A stretch of 61,887 nucleotides of DNA, the filler included. It is 9 parts of 9 records of this genome, joined end to end, with 100 filler letters (N's around TTAATTAATTAA, not from the genome) between each part and the next. Parts side by side here need not be neighbours in the genome. Positions count along the whole stretch, not along the records: positions 58,764 to 61,887 come from SRR15195285_3199; 8 more parts are not named here. The stretch is one strand, 5' to 3'. Every line of letters starts with the position of its first letter. Position 1 is the stretch's first letter. This document shows, piece by piece, positions 58,664 through 61,887 of this stretch. Position numbers and translations under genes: made by a program. The notes below the pieces were generated by a model that did not search any database, was not told the DNA's origin, and saw only the letters and a list, made by a program, of their open reading frames with translations.

Positions 58664-58763
58664 NNNNNNNNNNNNNNNNNNNNNNNNNNNNNNNNNNNNN
58701 NNNNNNNTTAATTAATTAANNNNNNNNNNNNNNNNNNNNNNNNNNNNNNNNNNNNNNNNNNNN
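58664..58763. other. Artificial contig linker
   Basis: N44-TTAATTAATTAA-N44, flanked by (GAG)n and poly-C. Confidence 0.99.
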
Positions 58764-58835
58764 CCCCCCCCCCCCCCCCCCCCCCCCGCGCGGCATGTGA
58801 CAGACAATGCTTGACGTGCCACACCGTGCCCGCAG

Positions 58836-61800
58836 GCGGAACGCGACGCTGATCTCCAGAAGGAGAGGGAGAAGGAGGCCGCCATCCTGGCGGAGCGGAA
58901 GGCCGACCGCGAGGAGAAGCTCGCCGAGCAGCAGAAGATAATAGAGAAGGAGCAGCGCAAGCGGCTAAAGGCCAAGCGCAGGGAGAGGCGCAAAGAGAAT
59001 GCTCGGATGGGCATCGTCGAGCCGGAGCTCGAGTCGGACTCGGATTCTGAACCTGAGTCTGTGTCTGGATCTAGCGACGAGGACAGGGCCGAGGAGGGCG
59101 ACGACCTGGCCGATACCGAGGCGGCGGCACAGAAGATCCAGGCGATGCAGCGCGGGAAGGCTGCACGAAAGGAGCTGAACGAGCAGAAAGAAGCCGCGAC
59201 AAAGATGCAGGCGGTGCAACGCGGTCGGCAGGGTCGGGTAGAGGCACAGACCCGCAAGGAGGAGGGCGACGCGGCGACTAGAGTGCAAGCGATGCAGCGC
59301 GGCCGGCAGTCGCGCCGCGAGCTGGAGGAACAAAAAGGAGCCGCTACGAAAATTGCTGCGATCCAGCGCGGCAAAATGAGCCGCCAGGAGCTAGAGGAGA
59401 AGAAGGCAGCCGCACAAAGGATCCAAGCAATCCAACGGGGCAAACAAAGCAGGCAAGAGCTAGCCGACCAGCAGGCCGCTGCGACAAAGCTACAGGCCAT
59501 CCAGCGCGGGAAGATGTCCCGACAGGAAGTGTCAGACCTGCAGGAGCAGTTGGCTAAGGAAGCAGCTGAGCGAGAGGAGAAGGCCTGGGACGAGGAGCAG
59601 GAAGCGCAACGTGCCGCAGCAGAAGCCGCCAAAATCCAGGCAGAGGAAGATGCGGCTGTCGGGCCGGAGCCGGAACCAGTGCCGTTGCCTGAGTCCGAGC
59701 AGGCTCCGCCGCCTATCGAGGGGCCAGAATATGAAGACGACGAATTTGATGAGGGCCCCGAGCCGCCAACCTTCGCAGAAATTCCTCTTCATGAGCGCCA
59801 GGAAGCATTGCTGCATGTGCTTGCAGCACATCGAGATGATGCGGGAGCAGACTCGGAGTGGTCTGAGACAGCATCACAAATGTCAACCGCGCCTCAGGGG
59901 CAGCGCGCGCGCGAATTCATGGGCAAGATAGGCGAGTACAGCATCCGAAAGGTGCAGGAGCATAGGACCAAGGCGGAGGAGACTTTCGACAACCTCAACA
60001 AAGTTGAGCAGATGCTGCTTGGCGCCGGACGGATGACCGAAGCCGCACAGATCCGGACACTTGCGCAAGACCTTGCGAACCCGGAAGCCGACTCGCAGCG
60101 CCACAACGCAGCCAAAAAGGAGGTCTCCTCAGACAAATTCCTGCGGTTCCTGCAGCGTCAGGCACAGGCACGCTCCGAGGATGTGCTGATGGGGAAGATC
60201 AAAGACACGATGTATGAGGAGGATCCAGAAAATCTGTCGCGGCTGCCCCCCATAGCGCACGTGCAGCCAGCTGGCGATTACAGCAACGCGGCCCCCAACG
60301 CACCTGGTGAGCTCTCGGAATACGGAACGCGTCTCCCGGCGCTGTATCCAGAGACGGCCAACCCCGATCCGGACATTCAAAACGATGATGGTGGTGATGA
60401 TCCAGACTCGCTGCTCGTCGATGCAGAGCTACTCAAGTACTGGGAGAGTGTGGCTGGGGAGGCACCCGAGGGAACGGAAGTGCCGTCAATGTTTTCTACC
60501 ATTGGGGACCAAAAGAAGAAAAAGAAGAAGAAGACGAGCGAGAACGGTGCGATGGGACTTGGTCACCAGACATTTGATCAGTATAAAGCCGACATCAAGG
60601 AGCGCAAGACAGGCACGGGCGCACTAAGTCGGCCGCTGCACGGCATCAACTCAGTGGACAAGAGTTTCTACGGCCTGATTCACGAGAGCGAAGTAAGCGC
60701 TTTGATCCGCGATGATACTCGTGAGAACTGGACCCAGCTGACTCGCTCCCTCGCAAACACCGGCGGGACCAAGGAAAGTGCAGCTGTGGTTGCGCAAGCT
60801 GTGGAGGAGGTCGGCACACAAGGCCGTGATATGTATGCACCACCGAAAGCGAGAGTCCAGGGCGGAAAGTCGAGAAGTGCTTCCATGGCAGAGCGGTCCT
60901 TCGGTGGCCCGTCGAGCATGAACAACACCTCAAGGCGCCCCACATCTCGTTCAAAGAACAAGCGCAAAGGAACAGCTTCTCCACGAGACGGCGAGCGCAT
61001 AAGCCCAGATTACTTCCTCAAACAGTGTATGGCTCTTGCTTTGAAGGCTGGTGTTGATCCTGACGAGCAGTCACACATCCTCCAGCGGTTTGAATCGCAC
61101 AAGGTTGACCTTGAGTGCTCAGACCAGGCGGGCAACGGGCTTCTTCTGATGGTCGCTGGCAACAAGGATGTTGATGTTGGATTGTTCCGTATGCTGCTGG
61201 AAGCTGGAGCCTCGGTACACGCGAAGAACAATGAAGCGCAGTCTGCATTGCACGAGGCTGCGCGTGCGGGCAACGAACCCGTAGTTCGTGTCCTTCTTGG
61301 GCACGAAGAGACAGAATACGGTACATCGATGGGTGCCGGCAAGACCAAGAAGGGTCTGCTCCCAGTTGATATTGAGAACCTTTACAACGAGACGCCGCTG
61401 CATGTGGCCGCACGCGGCGGTCATGGTGAAATGGTCACATTGCTGCTGCAGTGTGGAGCAGACCCAGACAACGAGAGCGGCAAAGCTCAGACGCCGCTGC
61501 TAGCTGCCGCAGAGGCGGGTGAGACAGAGGCGGCTTCACGGCTGATCAAATGGGGCGCGGCTATTAATTTCGAAGATGACGAAGGCGCGTGCCCGATCCA
61601 CAAAGCCTGCAAGTGTGGCGCACTGCAGATTGTGAAACAGCTGATTGATGTCGAAGCAGACGTCAACGCGGCAGAGTCGGATGGATTCACAGCGTTGCAC
61701 TGGGCTTGCAACCAGGGCTACATCGTCATCGTGAATCTCCTTGCCGATAAGGGTGCTCAGGTCAATGTCACTGATGAAGACGGAGAGAGTCCTCTGCACC

Positions 61801-61887
61801 GTGCTGTCGCATGTGGACACCCGGAGATCGTGCAGGAGTTACTCAAGAGAGGGGCAAAAGTTGAGGCAGCCGATGGAACTGGCAGGA
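58836..61887 (+). CDS. IQ-repeat plus ankyrin-repeat protein, partial at both ends (open frame absent from the ORF track)
   Basis: After a cag acceptor at 58835 the frame appears open to the window end. Six IQ motifs (e.g. AAQKIQAMQRGKAARKEL) at ~59120-59530; ankyrin repeats (ETPLHVAARGGHGEMVTLLL, GFTALHWACNQG, GESPLHRAVACGH) from ~61130. Confidence 0.85.

Noticed and set aside
15526-58763. Eight identical TTAATTAATTAA palindromes within N runs, and ORFs ending in X...LIN
   Set aside because: Artificial contig linkers with six-frame stops; not biological, and adjacency across them is meaningless.
58712-59632. 306-aa minus-strand ORF with repeated PRWIA/PRCIA
   Set aside because: Antisense of the IQ repeats on the plus strand.

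Overview
This is not one continuous locus. It is nine unrelated contigs joined by eight artificial 100-bp linkers (N44-TTAATTAATTAA-N44), so gene neighbourhood is meaningful only within a contig. The DNA is from a compact, GC-rich, intron-containing eukaryote. Introns are mostly 70-170 nt, GT-AG, often with CTRAC branch points, and convergent genes lie as little as ~40-200 bp apart. The organism is flagellated (CFAP45) and resembles a marine heterotrophic pico-eukaryote SAG/MAG; Picozoa-like is only an impression, not verified. I built about 21 gene models by hand. Housekeeping genes include TANGO6, SAPS/PP6R, CFAP45, an AFG2/CDC48-type AAA ATPase, WD40 and RING proteins. There are several carbohydrate-active proteins (DUF6067, GH27, GH18, a beta-helix protein) and two bacterial-type enzymes with PTS2-like peptides. 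The best candidate for an undescribed system is a membrane-receptor gene at 41334-44753. It encodes a Cys-rich ectodomain, an apparently circularly permuted TIR domain that keeps the NADase Glu, a SAM domain and a polytopic membrane module, and it is bracketed by an imperfect direct repeat. Other notable items are a secreted, intron-containing protein with phage-tailspike architecture, a SOL-type calpain carrying PUB, PDZ and UIM-like modules, a microprotein whose stop codon is in frame with an AAA ATPase, and a secreted protein of two Cys-bounded helical repeats. All domain calls come from motif recognition by eye; no searches were run.
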